Source of the DNA: Girardia tigrina
Lineage: Eukaryota
Assembly (NCBI GenBank): GCA_001938485.1
Contig: MQRK01215053.1
Coordinates: 80,091 to 144,090 of the forward strand
DNA length: 64,000 nt
Direction: 5' to 3'
Part shown: positions 52,022 to 64,000 of the stretch, piece by piece
How the letters are laid out: every line of letters begins with the position of its first letter
Position numbering within the stretch: the stretch's first letter is position 1
Notes under the pieces: model-generated
What the model saw: the letters and a program-made list of their open reading frames with translations, nothing else
What the model was told of the DNA's origin: nothing
The model's database searches: none
Made by a program: the position numbers and the translations under genes

Positions 52022-53466
52022 CTAACTTTCTCGCATGGCTTTAGATGCAAGAATGCGACCTTTCAGTGCACGGGCACGCTTTGGTTTCCCATTCAGAAAG
52101 GACCAGTCATGATCCCTCGTACCATGATTCTGAAGAACTTTGGTTGTGTAAACACGTTTCGTACAATGAGTAAAGAGACACTGAAATATCCCACATCATT
52201 TGCATTACTTAACCGAAAGTCGAGAATCTTGGAATCACTCCTGGGTCCGTCTCCGCGGTACCGTCGAGAGTCACTGACACGTCATGCATCGCGATCGGGT
52301 TCGAAGATTTTGTACATCCTTTATCTGCATTTTTTGTGAAGCACTAGTACCACTGGTACTGCCTTGGGTTTGGTAATCAATCAATAAATGTCTCTTTAAC
52401 CATCCATCCGTTTTATATGTCTTGTGACAATTTTCCATAGGAATTGGAAAGGTTTGTCACATTTCTGACGCTGCTGCGTCGTGACCGTATGCACGTTTTT
52501 TATGTGTCTTCTTAGTTCCTTCTGTTTCGTAAATGCTTTGAAACAAAAAGCATACGTGCATCGCACTCTTTTGATACACGGCTGAAGCATTTTCGGGTAC
52601 TCTTTCCTGGTTTAATCACTTTTGTTAGTTTTTCAGACACAGTTCCTTTGATCAGGTGTTTGAATTCCTCTCTCATTCAAGCATTCATTACTGCTTTTTG
52701 CGACCACTGACTTATCTATTTCCTTTGGCCATTTCAGAGTTTAATACTCTTTTTACCTTATGTACACCTTTTTGTCTATTGTACTCAAGGAATACAAAAC
52801 GCCGTTTCACCAGTACCACACGCGCCTCGGGCAAAGCAATTAACATTTCCGTATTACGTATTCTGTAAAGTTAAGTTTTATCAAGAGTAATGCGTGTACA
52901 GATATTATGAAAAGCTTGTAGCCGGGCTACTTCTTTTTCAGATGTTGCCCAGCACTCACTCTCATAATACACTGCCAAAAAATGCTTGATTCCATTAATA
53001 TTTTCTTTTTAACGCTATAGGAACTCGGTTACTTTGAATCGCATGTTGCAATTCTCGTAACTTAGTCATTCCACAACGCAACCGCTGACCAATATCTCGA
53101 CTGCAGCTACCTAATGTGGTCAATACACTGTCGAGGTAACAGAACTCGCTCACCCATTCTGACTTTGTCCCTGCACATCATTTGCGATATTCCAGTCCCC
53201 AAGTCATCAGTTAGGCACATGTCTTTCGCCTTAGATGCACTAATACTCTACCAAAATTCTGAAAATGTACTTCTTAGTATATCAATGTTTTTACATACAC
53301 GATCAATATCAGAATCGATGATATATAGATACTTCGCGTAAGCAAGTTTATTGACTTGAAATTCGTCACCCTGCTCGTCGATTATGGTATTTTCTCTCCC
53401 GAATCCTTTCAGTATTGCCATTTTGATAACTTCATCGAAGACCAAGTTAAAAAGACAAGCTCCCAT
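52022..53466 (-). mobile_element. RTE-like LINE with C-terminal C2H2 fingers, second copy
   Basis: LFNLVFD...LAYA. Fingers CTYAFCFKAFTKQKELRRHIKNVH, a frameshifted ...KTYKTDGWLKRHL, and FQCLFTHCTKRVYTTKVLQNHGTRDHDWSFLNGKP. Confidence 0.85.
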
Positions 53467-55544
53467 TTATTTTAAAGTTCAATTTACTATAATATTTTTG
53501 AAGCACTTCTAAAACCTAGTAACCACATCAGCTTATGATAACTATTTTTTACAAATGCTTTTATGTGCATGGTACTTCTATATACATAAAAAGTGTTCCT
53601 CTATCACAGAATGTTAAAAGTTTTACAACAATAAACATAGATTTATAAAATTAATAAAGGTAGGCTCAGCTTTTAAATATTTTATGAGCGAAAAAGTTAT
53701 TTGTGTTAAAAAAGAGGAAATTAATCTGTATAATTTCTTTACTGGTGGATTTAACTTCTACATAATGTATAAATGATCGTAATCTTGCAACAATATAGTA
53801 TTAATATGTGATATCTCACGATATTATTTATTTGTCCTGGATCAGTATCATCTGGGAAGTAATACTCTAAGCTGCCACCACCAGATGGTTGGCCCAGAGA
53901 AACACATAATTATATATATTAAACAATAATAAAAAAACAATTAAACATCCTAATCAATAACAATTTGGTGATTGATTGGAATATATATTTTAAAGAAAAA
54001 GTAATAATTAATTACTTACAGTTGCAGACTTCAAAAATTGAGCCATAACACGCAGAACTAACGACAATTTCCAAACTGTATTACAAACTAGTTATTCAAC
54101 ACTGATTACTTTATCAATACATAAAATAATGAGAGTCAAGTCAACCTCAACCTTAATATTCGAAACTATCAGATTAGATTACATTTATAAAATAACTAAT
54201 ATTGGTTGTTCATCCTAAAACGCATCTTTAAATAAGTTCAATATTATTATAATATATTCTGCTCATTTAACAACTATCTTTCCCATTTTAGATACCTAGG
54301 AATTGTAAGTTCAGAAGTATTCCCTTTATCCAAAACTTCTAACATTTTTGACAACTATTCTGTCGAGTTTAGGTTCGTACAAAAATGACAAATATTCATT
54401 ATATTTTGACAAATGTCCATACATGAATCTCAATTTACTAATAGTAAAACATTTGAAAAATCCTATGAAAAATTGTTTCTAACAAAATCATGTTCATCTT
54501 CCTATTTGATTAATTAAATATTCCAAGATTTATGTTGCATTTTAATAAGATAAATTGAACAAATTAAAGCCATTAATTTTAATCAACTAAAAAACTCATT
54601 TTTTCATATTATTTATTGTATTATTTATTAAACAAATATTAAGAATATTATTTTTTTTAATAAAAACGAATATTAATATAAAAATTTGATGTGATCGTTA
54701 AACATATTTTACATGAATCCTACAAATATAAAGGAAATTAAAATGAAGAATAATGACATTAACGGAAAACGAAAGAAAAATAATCGAGAAAACCAAATGT
54801 TGAGGAAAAATGAAATTATTTATTTATTTTATAATTCGGTAAAATCAAAAATATTATATAATAGTGGAATTAATAGTAAAAACAGGAAAATAAACAACAA
54901 TTTCGGAATTTTTCTCTCGTGAATATGATATATAAATAAATAAACGAAATATATTTATTAAATAATATATAATTTCTATTTAATTCAGTCGATTTCGTTT
55001 TTTTTAGTTAATTTATTTTTCTAGTATAAATTTTAAAACTATTTTATATTTTATAGATTAAAAACGAAATAATTTTTAATCGAAAAAGCATGTGCAATTA
55101 ATTATTTCTGTAATGGAGCTGAATTAATTTTCTGAATATATTTATATTATTATTATTATTATTATTATTTTTAAAAATATTTTCTTCGTTTATTTAAATA
55201 AAAATGATAATTTATTCAATTATTTTTCATCGTTAACTATTATTTTGAGAAAATATTGAAAAATTATTCTTAATAAAGATTTAATTAATTTTCGTTGGGT
55301 TTTTTTTAGTAAATGAAAGAAATTTTTTGATTTTTTTTTGTTTATTGAGAGTTTTTTTCTAATAATTAGTTATTATTTATGTTTTTTTGTAATTATTCTT
55401 GTTTGCTTTCTACAAGTTGGATTTTTTTATTTGTATGCTGAAAGATTGATTTGTCAAAATTTGTTTTCTAAGATTATATTTTATACATAGTATTTATTTG
55501 GATTTATATTTACTAAACATATTTTGATTTTATTTTTTAAATAT

Positions 55545-56329
55545 TGAACCAGCAAAATTACATGGGTTACCCAAAATTCATAAAGATTGAATCCCAATGC
55601 GTCCAATTCTTTCAATGATAAATACAGCACAATATAATGTTGCTAAAACTTTGGAAAGATTATTGAAGTCATTAATTAATAACCCCCTAGAATGTAAAGA
55701 TAGTTTGAGTTTTGGAACAATATCTTAAATTATAAAATCAAAACTAATGAGGAGGTCATGGTTTCATTTGGCATTGTTAGCTTATTCACTAACGTACCTT
55801 TAAATGAAACGATTGATTTATGTACTAAATTATGAGATGAATTAGTTGAAAATAAAGTGACTTCAAACAAATCATTAAAATTCCATATTCTGAAGAATTT
55901 AGAGCGTTTAAGAAGGGTATTTGTATAACAATAAGTAGTCCTAAAGTAATCTCTGTCACATCCAAAGTTCAAAGTTTTCTCTCAAACAAATCGAAAACAG
56001 TTTGTGATTTGCAAGCTAATCTGGTATATAAATTTAATTGTCACGGGTGTCAAAACTCGTACATCGGAGAGACAAATCGTCATCTCAAAACCCGGATTAG
56101 CGAGCACTCGCAAATGAGTCGATCGAGTAAGATTCTTGATCATTGGTTATGTTATAAGGATAGAACCTCATCCATTTCAAAAGATGAGTTTTCTGTTTTA
56201 CAAAAGGGTTTTGATTCACTTTATGAACGACAGTTTTGTGAATCTCTACTAATAAGACACTACAACCCATCAATTAACATTCAGAATGGGCAAAGTAAGG
56301 TTATTTCAATACTTAAAATTTTTAATTAA
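55545..56329 (+). mobile_element. Internally deleted Penelope-like element (RT + GIY-YIG)
   Basis: LHGLPKIHK..PMRPILS and VSFGIVSLFTNVP (PLE RT); NLVYKFNCHGCQNSYIGETNRHLKTRISEH. Confidence 0.92.
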
Positions 56330-56469
56330 AATATTTTTTGCCATTATTACCCAATAATATTTTCATAAATAATAATGTTTAATTTTTCGTCACCTTTTAA
56401 AATAAATTATATTTATTAAAATTGTAAAAAATTGTATTATTCAATATTCATTTACTAAACATCCGAAAA

Positions 56470-56509
56470 TTGCTGATGATGATATATGTAAACATCCAAT
56501 CATGTCCAA
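56470..56509 (+). ncRNA. Degenerate minimal hammerhead at a Penelope 3' end
   Basis: TTG-CTGATGA-T-GAT...ATC-[CAAT replacing GAAA]-CATGT-C-CAA. A sister 3' end at ~213-303 reads ATC-TAAA-CATGTC-CAA. Confidence 0.6.
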
Positions 56510-56551
56510 ATAATTATATAAAAAAAGCTTTAATCAAATTATATTTTCGAA

Positions 56552-56597
<46 letters not shown>

Positions 56598-56794
56598 ACA
56601 AGACCTTGAAATTTTTGTTCATGAATTTACGAACTCTGCACATTCAAGAGATGTATGGATCAATTTATTTTTGTCTATTATCAATGTTAATGCTAAACAT
56701 AATAATTTTTACAACTTGAATAATTATTATAATGAATAAGTATTATATTTATAGAATGTTATAAATATTCAATCGTTAATTCTTTTACTTTTAG

Positions 56795-57332
56795 ATCATC
56801 AATTATGTCACACAAAAATACGAATTTAAGCCCACACTTTCGTGAAGAGACATCAGTTTCTCTAGCCAATCTCTTGAGTCTTCAAAACAGAAAGCATCAA
56901 GAGAAAGAGTCCCCCAGTAAAAAGGAAATATCTGATGCAACTTCTATATTTTATCGCTGTGAAAATCAAAATAACATATCTTTATATTGTCCGAAGCATA
57001 TTGCATTGTATAATCAAAAAAATCCTCGTCATCATTCCTTTTATACTTTACCGAAATTTTCGAATAGAGAAACTAATCCACAGATCAGCAGCTCAAATGC
57101 TGAAAGCAACATACAAAAATATCCATCTTGCAATAATGTTTCTGCTTTATCAAATATAACCAAACCTTCTCAAGATAATTCAGGCCGTTATAGAATAATC
57201 AAATCAAAGCTACCTAATAATTTCTACAGATTTTCCAATAGTATTAATGGACCGGGTTCGAGTTTTACATGTTCAATTTTGAAAGGGAAAAAGAAAAAAG
57301 ACGAAATGATGGTCAAAGAATCCTGTCTTTGA
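56795..57332 (+). CDS. Nmdar2: GluN2 probable last exon, ending in class I PDZ ligand ESCL
   Basis: Strong acceptor ttcttttacttttAG. Phase 2 matches the 45973 donor (AA|A=K) and keeps the 175-aa ORF in frame. Terminal E-S-x-L resembles the GluN2 ESDV motif. Confidence 0.8.
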
Positions 57333-57457
57333 CAGTGGACTTAAGGTTCAAAGATACTGTTGTCAGAGTCTCGATCTGATGGGATTATCTATTCATTCTG
57401 AAATTTTATTTATTATATCGTTATTTATTTGGCTTTCTTGAAAAGTAATTTTATGTA

Positions 57458-57463
57458 AATAAA
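57458..57463 (+). terminator. Candidate polyadenylation signal of GluN2
   Basis: AATAAA ~125 nt after the stop, followed by T-rich sequence. The AT-rich background lowers specificity. Confidence 0.4.
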
Positions 57464-58199
57464 CTAAATTTGAAATTTTTTATTTATGTGATATTTATTA
57501 ATTCTAAAACATCGACAAATGAAACATAAAAAAGGAAGAGAAGTGCGAATACAATATCAATGAAATAAAGTTTTCAGAGAAAAAGTCAAATCCTGTTTTT
57601 TTTAAATAAAAAACATTTATTTTTAAAATTTTTGATTTATTTATTTTTTGTTTTACTTTTATAATGGAAACGAGTTCCATGATAACACTCGATGAATAAT
57701 TAATTACATGAAGGTAAAGCATTTCAGTTGAAGAAATGCAGTTGCTTTTACCTAAAAAAAACAGCAAATGTTACTATCAATCATTTTTCAAACAAACTGA
57801 ATACCTTAGAATCTTCAAAGCATGGAGAGACAAATCGCCATTTTAAAACCCGTATTAGTGAGCATTCACAAGTAAAGTCTTTTATTATAAGATGAATTGT
57901 AAGAACAGAATCCTTTCTGTTTCAAGCCTTAAGTTTTCTGTTCTACTAAAAAGATTTGATTTTTTTTCAAATTTCAAACTCTGTGAACTAATCCTTTTAT
58001 CACACTTTTAATTTTTTTAGAATTTTTTAGAGTGGAGTTGTATAGAGACATGTAATTGTTTGACTTTTTGTTTAATTTAGTTTGATATCCTACATTCACC
58101 TCAGGCACAAAAATTTCTAGAAAAAAAGTTTATTGTTTCTTTCCAATTCTGTAGTAAATTTCATTTTAGGATAAAGACCATTCAAGATTTTGTCGAATG

Positions 58200-58480
58200 T
58201 TTTTTAAGGATTGATTTATGAAAACCTGAAGAATATCATCGATTTATCTCTTGTATAGCACATATTTTTCTTTAAGGTATAAGCTTATTTTATCCTAAAG
58301 TGACTTCATAAAAATTTTAGCCAACGCTGGTGTAATTGGGAACCCATTACGGTTTTTTTATTTCTGAATGAATCATTCGTTGTTAATGAAAAATGATCCA
58401 TTTTTGGCACAAACTTTAAGAAGTTCTTTTTATGTCAGTATGGTCATTACTATCATCCCATTATTTTTTACATAAATCTA
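58200..58480 (-). mobile_element. Penelope RT remnant adjoining repeat A
   Basis: KELLKVC, an MGSP-like segment and YKR*IDDI (YxDD). A small + strand GIY-YIG scrap also lies at ~57825-57870. Confidence 0.7.
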
Positions 58481-61128
58481 TTGTTAAGAGAACTCACACA
58501 TTTGACAGAACATTTATTACATTCACATTTCTTATCATCTTTATGATGATCGATAGTATTGCTTTCACTTAGATCCATCACTGAATTTTCAATATCTCTC
58601 ATTATAATCTGAACTATACTTGAGAAAATTATTTTATTTAAAAATATTTATATTAAATTTTATTGGCTAAATTCAAATATTTTTATAGTCATTTTTAAAC
58701 ATTAATTTGATTTTAATTATTTAAAAATTTACAAAAATAAAATCATTAAAATTATTTAAAAGTTGCAATAATAAAAATTAAAAACTTGAATATTAAATCT
58801 AAATTTAAATAAATTAGTTTCAGATTATAAGAATTAAAATATTGATAATCCATCTGGTTAGGAGAGGCACAATCCCAAATCAACACACAACATTTAAACA
58901 TGCAAACACTACACAAAACATCAACACACCGCATATTCCTCACATCTATGATTTTGTCTAAGGATTTATTCGTACATAAACTGCAGGCACTAAATAAGAT
59001 CATATATTCAATGTCGCATTTAGCAATTGTATTCAAAATGAAATCGTTTAACTCAAAGTTATCCTTTGTGTCAAATCAATTACATAAATGAAATTCATTA
59101 ATCAATTTGAGATCAGGAATGCCTTTGGTTCAAATACATATATGAATATGTTGGATATGAAGAGTTAGTTGAAATTTTCGATTCGTCGAATAATTTATAA
59201 TTTTTAATTTAAAATTTTGACAAAAAGTAAATTATTATATAAGACAAAAAACAGAGTTTAAAATCTAAAAAATCTAAAAGTTGATATATTCCGTAGAAAT
59301 TTTTAAAATAAAAACTTTTAAAAGAAATAATAAAATAAATAAAAGTTATTGCGTAAATTTAAAATTGCAATTTATTATTGCAATTTTATATTGCAATTTA
59401 CATCGGATAATTTCATAAAAATTCTACAATGTTTTTGACCGTAATGTGAAACTATTAAAGATGAGTGCAATTGTAATTAGCTTGATAGATTGATAAATGT
59501 TATAAGAACAAAAAGGAAAATGCAGATTAAAAAATGTGATTATAATATTTCTTTACCAAACCTTTATTACATATCAGCAATATAAAAACCCAATAGCCAG
59601 GAATCGTACAGCTTGATAATCAACCATGTGCATCGGTTCTACCACCAAAGGGTGTCTTTCATTTCAGAAGATTACTGAATTCTCCAAGAAACGTTAATTT
59701 AGATAATGACGCAAAAAATAAAACTTTCATTTCTAATTTTTTTTTTAATTTTTCGTTGCCGGATTTTTTGAAAAATAGATTTTTGCTTTAAGAGAGAGAA
59801 AGGAATACGCTTGATAATCCTGACCAGCACTTCATAGATCATTAAACATCTTTTGGAAGCAATTTTTATCGAATTCTTCATTTACAATTTTCATTTTAAA
59901 ATAAGTAGAAAAGGGAAAAATTAATTTTGAAAATATCAAGTATAAGTAGATGATTCTATTTATTTTTATTTTATTACTTAAGTTATATTATTTCGAAAAC
60001 ACTGAAATCAAAGGGAAATAATTTTTAATGAATTATTGTCAAATATTTAAAATTTTTTCAGTGATAAATTAAAAATAAATTCATTAAAATTACAAATAAA
60101 TTTTATTTCCAAAAACAGATCAATACAAAGTGACATCAAAACGTCTGTAAACAACCCTCTAAAAAGGGAACAATGAAATCTAAAGTGTTTTATATCATAG
60201 GAATGTGATGGAATGTTATGAAAACAAATAAATTTTCTAAGGAAGCTCCCTCATCCTCAACGTACAAATTCCACAATCTTGCTAGGTTGGTGAAGGCATT
60301 TTTAAAACATCCAGAAAGCTTTCCACTTTGGAATGAGGTTTTCGCTTGAATCACTTCCTCTTTATCTGGTGTTAAGGGCATTTAAAAATTGTTCTTTTTC
60401 TATTTCTATTCATTTTGCTTGATACAGTTCACTTTTCCTAATATTTTTCAGTGAATTTCTTATCGTTTCCTTCATCATTCTACCATACAAAAATAGTTAA
60501 ATCCACTTGTAAGTTGCAGGTCGAGAGGAGGCATCTTAGCCACAGACCTCATTTAGAAACCGCATTATTTTATCATATTCAATTTTTCTTACAGGCAAAA
60601 ACGTAATTAAAGTGCACTTTTAACAACAGATGTCATGTTAAATAGAAAAGAATCACGTAATTTACCGAAAGAAATAGTCAAACGTTCAAATAAATGTCAT
60701 TATTATTACCTACGTAGATGTATTTCGTTCTCAAAAAAATCAGGCTCCTGCATAATTAATTACCCCCAGTCTACGGACTAATTTGCGTCACCGCATATGT
60801 GGCATCAGTGTTTATATAATGTTTAAATAATATTATATGAATTTTATAACTTTTTATCGAAATAAAAAATAACATATGGAGTTACTTTAACGGACGAAAA
60901 GAATCTTTTAAATTTTCTTTAGATTCTTATTAACTTTTTAATTTATTGAAATGAAAAGAGGAAATCGTGGTGTGATTTCATCTTTTATAAACGTTATAGA
61001 ATAATTAGATAAAGGAGTTGAATAATATTTATTAGTAACACAATAGACACAAGATTATTTATTAATATAATTAATTGTCAAATCGTTCGGCGACAATAAG
61101 TATTTTTCTGGTCAAGTCACATGGTCAC

Positions 61129-61785
61129 ATGGAATTTGTTGTACAGATACTGATTTTCCTGTTTAGTCTGTTACTAAACATTTGTCGGGTGAACTCGCAA
61201 TGCAAGTGGTTTAGGTGCCGGCAGTTTGATGGAAATTCGTCAGCGAGAGTGCCATGTGAGACGAATTTCCAGTTCCGCCTAAACCAGAAAACCCGGCAAA
61301 TGGATAGTGATCCGGTTGGATGCATCACAGAAAGCAATGGAGAAATCAGCTGGTAGATTGTTCTAATGCGACTAAAATCAGTGGATTTCGACTTCTCCAG
61401 AATACTTAGGCATAGAATAGGAACAAAAGAATTATTATTTCGACACATGATGTCCCAACAGGCATTGTTGTTGGCAATTATAAATTAATGAGTTTATTTC
61501 TTTTTCAAAGTTGTGCGATGAAGGAATATCGTTGACGTTGTCTTTTAAATAATTGTATTCTCGAATCGTTAGAATTGAAAAGGTTAAAAATTTGATGATT
61601 TTTGTCCAATGAGAGGATGGTATTTGACGGAGAATGTCCCTGCCATTGTCACACTAATCAAGATGGACAACGAGAATGTTGCGAAACATAACTTCCAGTT
61701 ATCGAAAGCGATAAATTTGACTTATCTGTAGGTTACGGCTGAATTTGCAGAGAGAACGAATAAATCCAACTATCTGCTGGTTTAA
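61129..61785 (+). pseudogene. Decayed gene for a signal-peptide-bearing, Cys-containing glycoprotein-like product
   Basis: MEFVVQILIFLFSLLLNICRVNS signal-like start. Coding-like GC content continues ~650 nt through frameshifts and stops. Confidence 0.4.
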
Positions 61786-64000
61786 TTTTTATTATTGATT
61801 AAATCAATAATAATAATTCTATATATATACATGTCATAATTATATATAGTAGCAGTAAGACTCCTACATTTATGGTTAAAATATTTTTTTATGTTTAAAA
61901 GTTCATATGGGTTTTGTTAGTTTGAAATTGTACCAAGTTAAATTTTTAATTTAATAAATTAAAAAACATAAAATGCAATAAAGAAATTTAGAAATTTCTA
62001 AATTGATATTGAATATTAAAAGCCAGGTCGAGGGTCAACCTTTTCTTATTATAATTATATATGAACATTTTTACTTGTTAGATTTTTAATTTATTGGAGA
62101 TTACCTTTTAATAAACAATCCGATCTTCTAACAGTTTGCTTTAATAAAATTTTGGTATATTTTGGGGAAAAATAGTAAACATTTTTATCTAATATTTTAT
62201 TATTATAAATTATATTAATGGGAGAGTATTTTGTAGCTTTATTAATCAATATTATTTTTCATTATTTTTTAAGATTAATAAATTTAAAATTATAAGTAAG
62301 ACTGAAATTCAAACTGAATTTATTCTAATATTATCAAGTATATAAATGTTAAAAAACAAGAAAAGATAAATAAATTAATAAGAAATAAAAAATATCTACC
62401 ATAAAAAAAATTTATTTTACTACCAAAAGCATTTGTGCTTTGTAAATCATAACAAATTCTTTACATAATAATATATTTTTTAAAGTTATAATTTTTAGAA
62501 AAAGCTATATATTAATAATTTTTTAATAAATTATTAATAAATCTATGAGCATAGAAGGAATTATATGTGTGTGTGCCTAATACTCGGTATCTTCATCACA
62601 AGAATCTTTCTAAGTAACTTACATGGTTACTGTAGGACTATGATCAAGAAAATTGTGAAAAAGCTAAATAAAACACAGATAAAAAAAGATATTTCAAGTT
62701 TTGTCAACTATAAAACATTCTTTTTTTCACAAATCTAAAACAAAAATGATCTGCCAGGGCTATACACATTCTTAAGATAAAGTTCAAAAATGTGGAAGGT
62801 AAGTCCTAATTCTCAGAAGCTACCGCCCGTATGATCACTTCTTCTGTTAAGAAAATAAGACAAACTTCATTTCTAATTTGTCTTCTGTCAAAATATCCTG
62901 AAAAAAACTTGAAAAAGGTCAACCAAGAGGGGTTCAGCGTGGGTTGAATAAAGGTTTTCTTTACCAGAAAGAAAAGAAGTAAAATTAATAGAATAATTTT
63001 TCATAGAATAATTTTTCATAGAAGAATGTAAAACTGAAAGATAAACAGTGTTATAAACATTATAATTAAATTGAAATAAATTATAAAATATATGACTTAA
63101 ATTTAAAATGACCTAAAAAAATTCAGCTAATTGATTGCTGCTGGGCAAAATATATTTGTTGCAAGGTTTTATTAGATTTTGCAGACTTGTAACAAACTCT
63201 TTTAATGAATGAAATTTTATCTCTATTTAAAGGGGACATTTTATTTAAGAGGATTTTGGGAATTAGTTCTTGATTTTCCTTCGCAGATATCTCACAAACT
63301 TTTCACTATTTTATACTGCTCGACACCAACGCAATTTTAATAAACTTGTCTATTTCCATAAATGTTGTTAAATAAATGAAGGAAATGTAGAATAAATGAA
63401 CGATTTCGGGTTATTTTATGAAGGAAGACAATAAAAGTAATATATGTAACAAATATAATTATATTTATTTACATTTTGTTCTAAATTTTGATAAAATTTT
63501 AAATTTTTATGATTATATTATGATTGCTAATTATTGTAAAATTGTGATATATCCTCAAAACTTATTTTTGAATGTAAATTTTAAAAATGAATATCTAATT
63601 AAGCTAAAAAGTGAATAAACAGATATAGAAATAAAAAAAGATAGGGGAACTAAATTTTATTTTAATTATCTGTGTAAAATTGTTTTTTTTAATTTCAAAT
63701 TCTGATAATAATTATTATCTTCATAATTATAATTTTCAATTTCGTTAATTTATTGTCTTTCATTCCTACTTACGGCTTCATTCATTCCTTTTCTTTCTTT
63801 TTTTATCTACCGATTACATCAATCTTTATCTTTTCGTCTTTCAATTATTTATTTCCTTTTTTTCTTTTTTTAAACACAACAACAATATATTCATCATAAT
63901 AAAAAAGACTGGTTAAAATAAACTACATATTAAAAATTACAACCAACAACGCTCACAAAATTCCAAAGACAGTTATACGGTCAAAAAGAAAAAAAATCAA

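Noticed and set aside
62575-62605. TGAAGATACCGA resembling the 17666 hammerhead (minus strand)
   Set aside because: C3 and the GAAA half are missing; at most an unrecognisable relic.
1-64000. Prokaryotic systems (CRISPR arrays, operons), tRNA and rRNA genes
   Set aside because: No repeat-spacer array or structured RNA gene was seen; spliceosomal introns and metazoan TEs show this is an animal locus.

Overview
This is very AT-rich animal genomic DNA with several assembly gaps. The GluN2 sequence is protostome-type, and a spiralian or flatworm source is plausible but cannot be proven here. The backbone is the 3' two-thirds of an NMDA-receptor GluN2 (NR2) gene on the + strand. Six exons (3788-4008, 21118-21278, 21340-21521, 45450-45685, 45738-45973, 56795-57332) splice in frame at GT-AG sites and encode M2, M3 (SYTANLAAF), S2, M4 and a tail ending in a PDZ ligand (ESCL). 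Introns are bimodal: 52-61 nt or 11-24 kb. The large introns contain decayed transposons: a complete Merlin with a 9-bp TSD, an IR/DR Tc1, several mariners, hATs, a Tigger-like MITE, many Penelope-like fragments and an RTE-like LINE family. They also hold nested non-TE sequences: an intact antisense intronless ORF for a secreted furin-processed coiled-coil protein, a HECTD1 N-terminus-like ORF, a STI1/HOP TPR2A fragment and a frameshifted Pim-like kinase. Less obvious signals are minimal hammerhead ribozymes at Penelope 3' ends, an antisense tandem array of ~23-nt micro-exons running into a gap, a LINE family with three C-terminal C2H2 fingers, and a GluN2 pore lacking both N-site asparagines.
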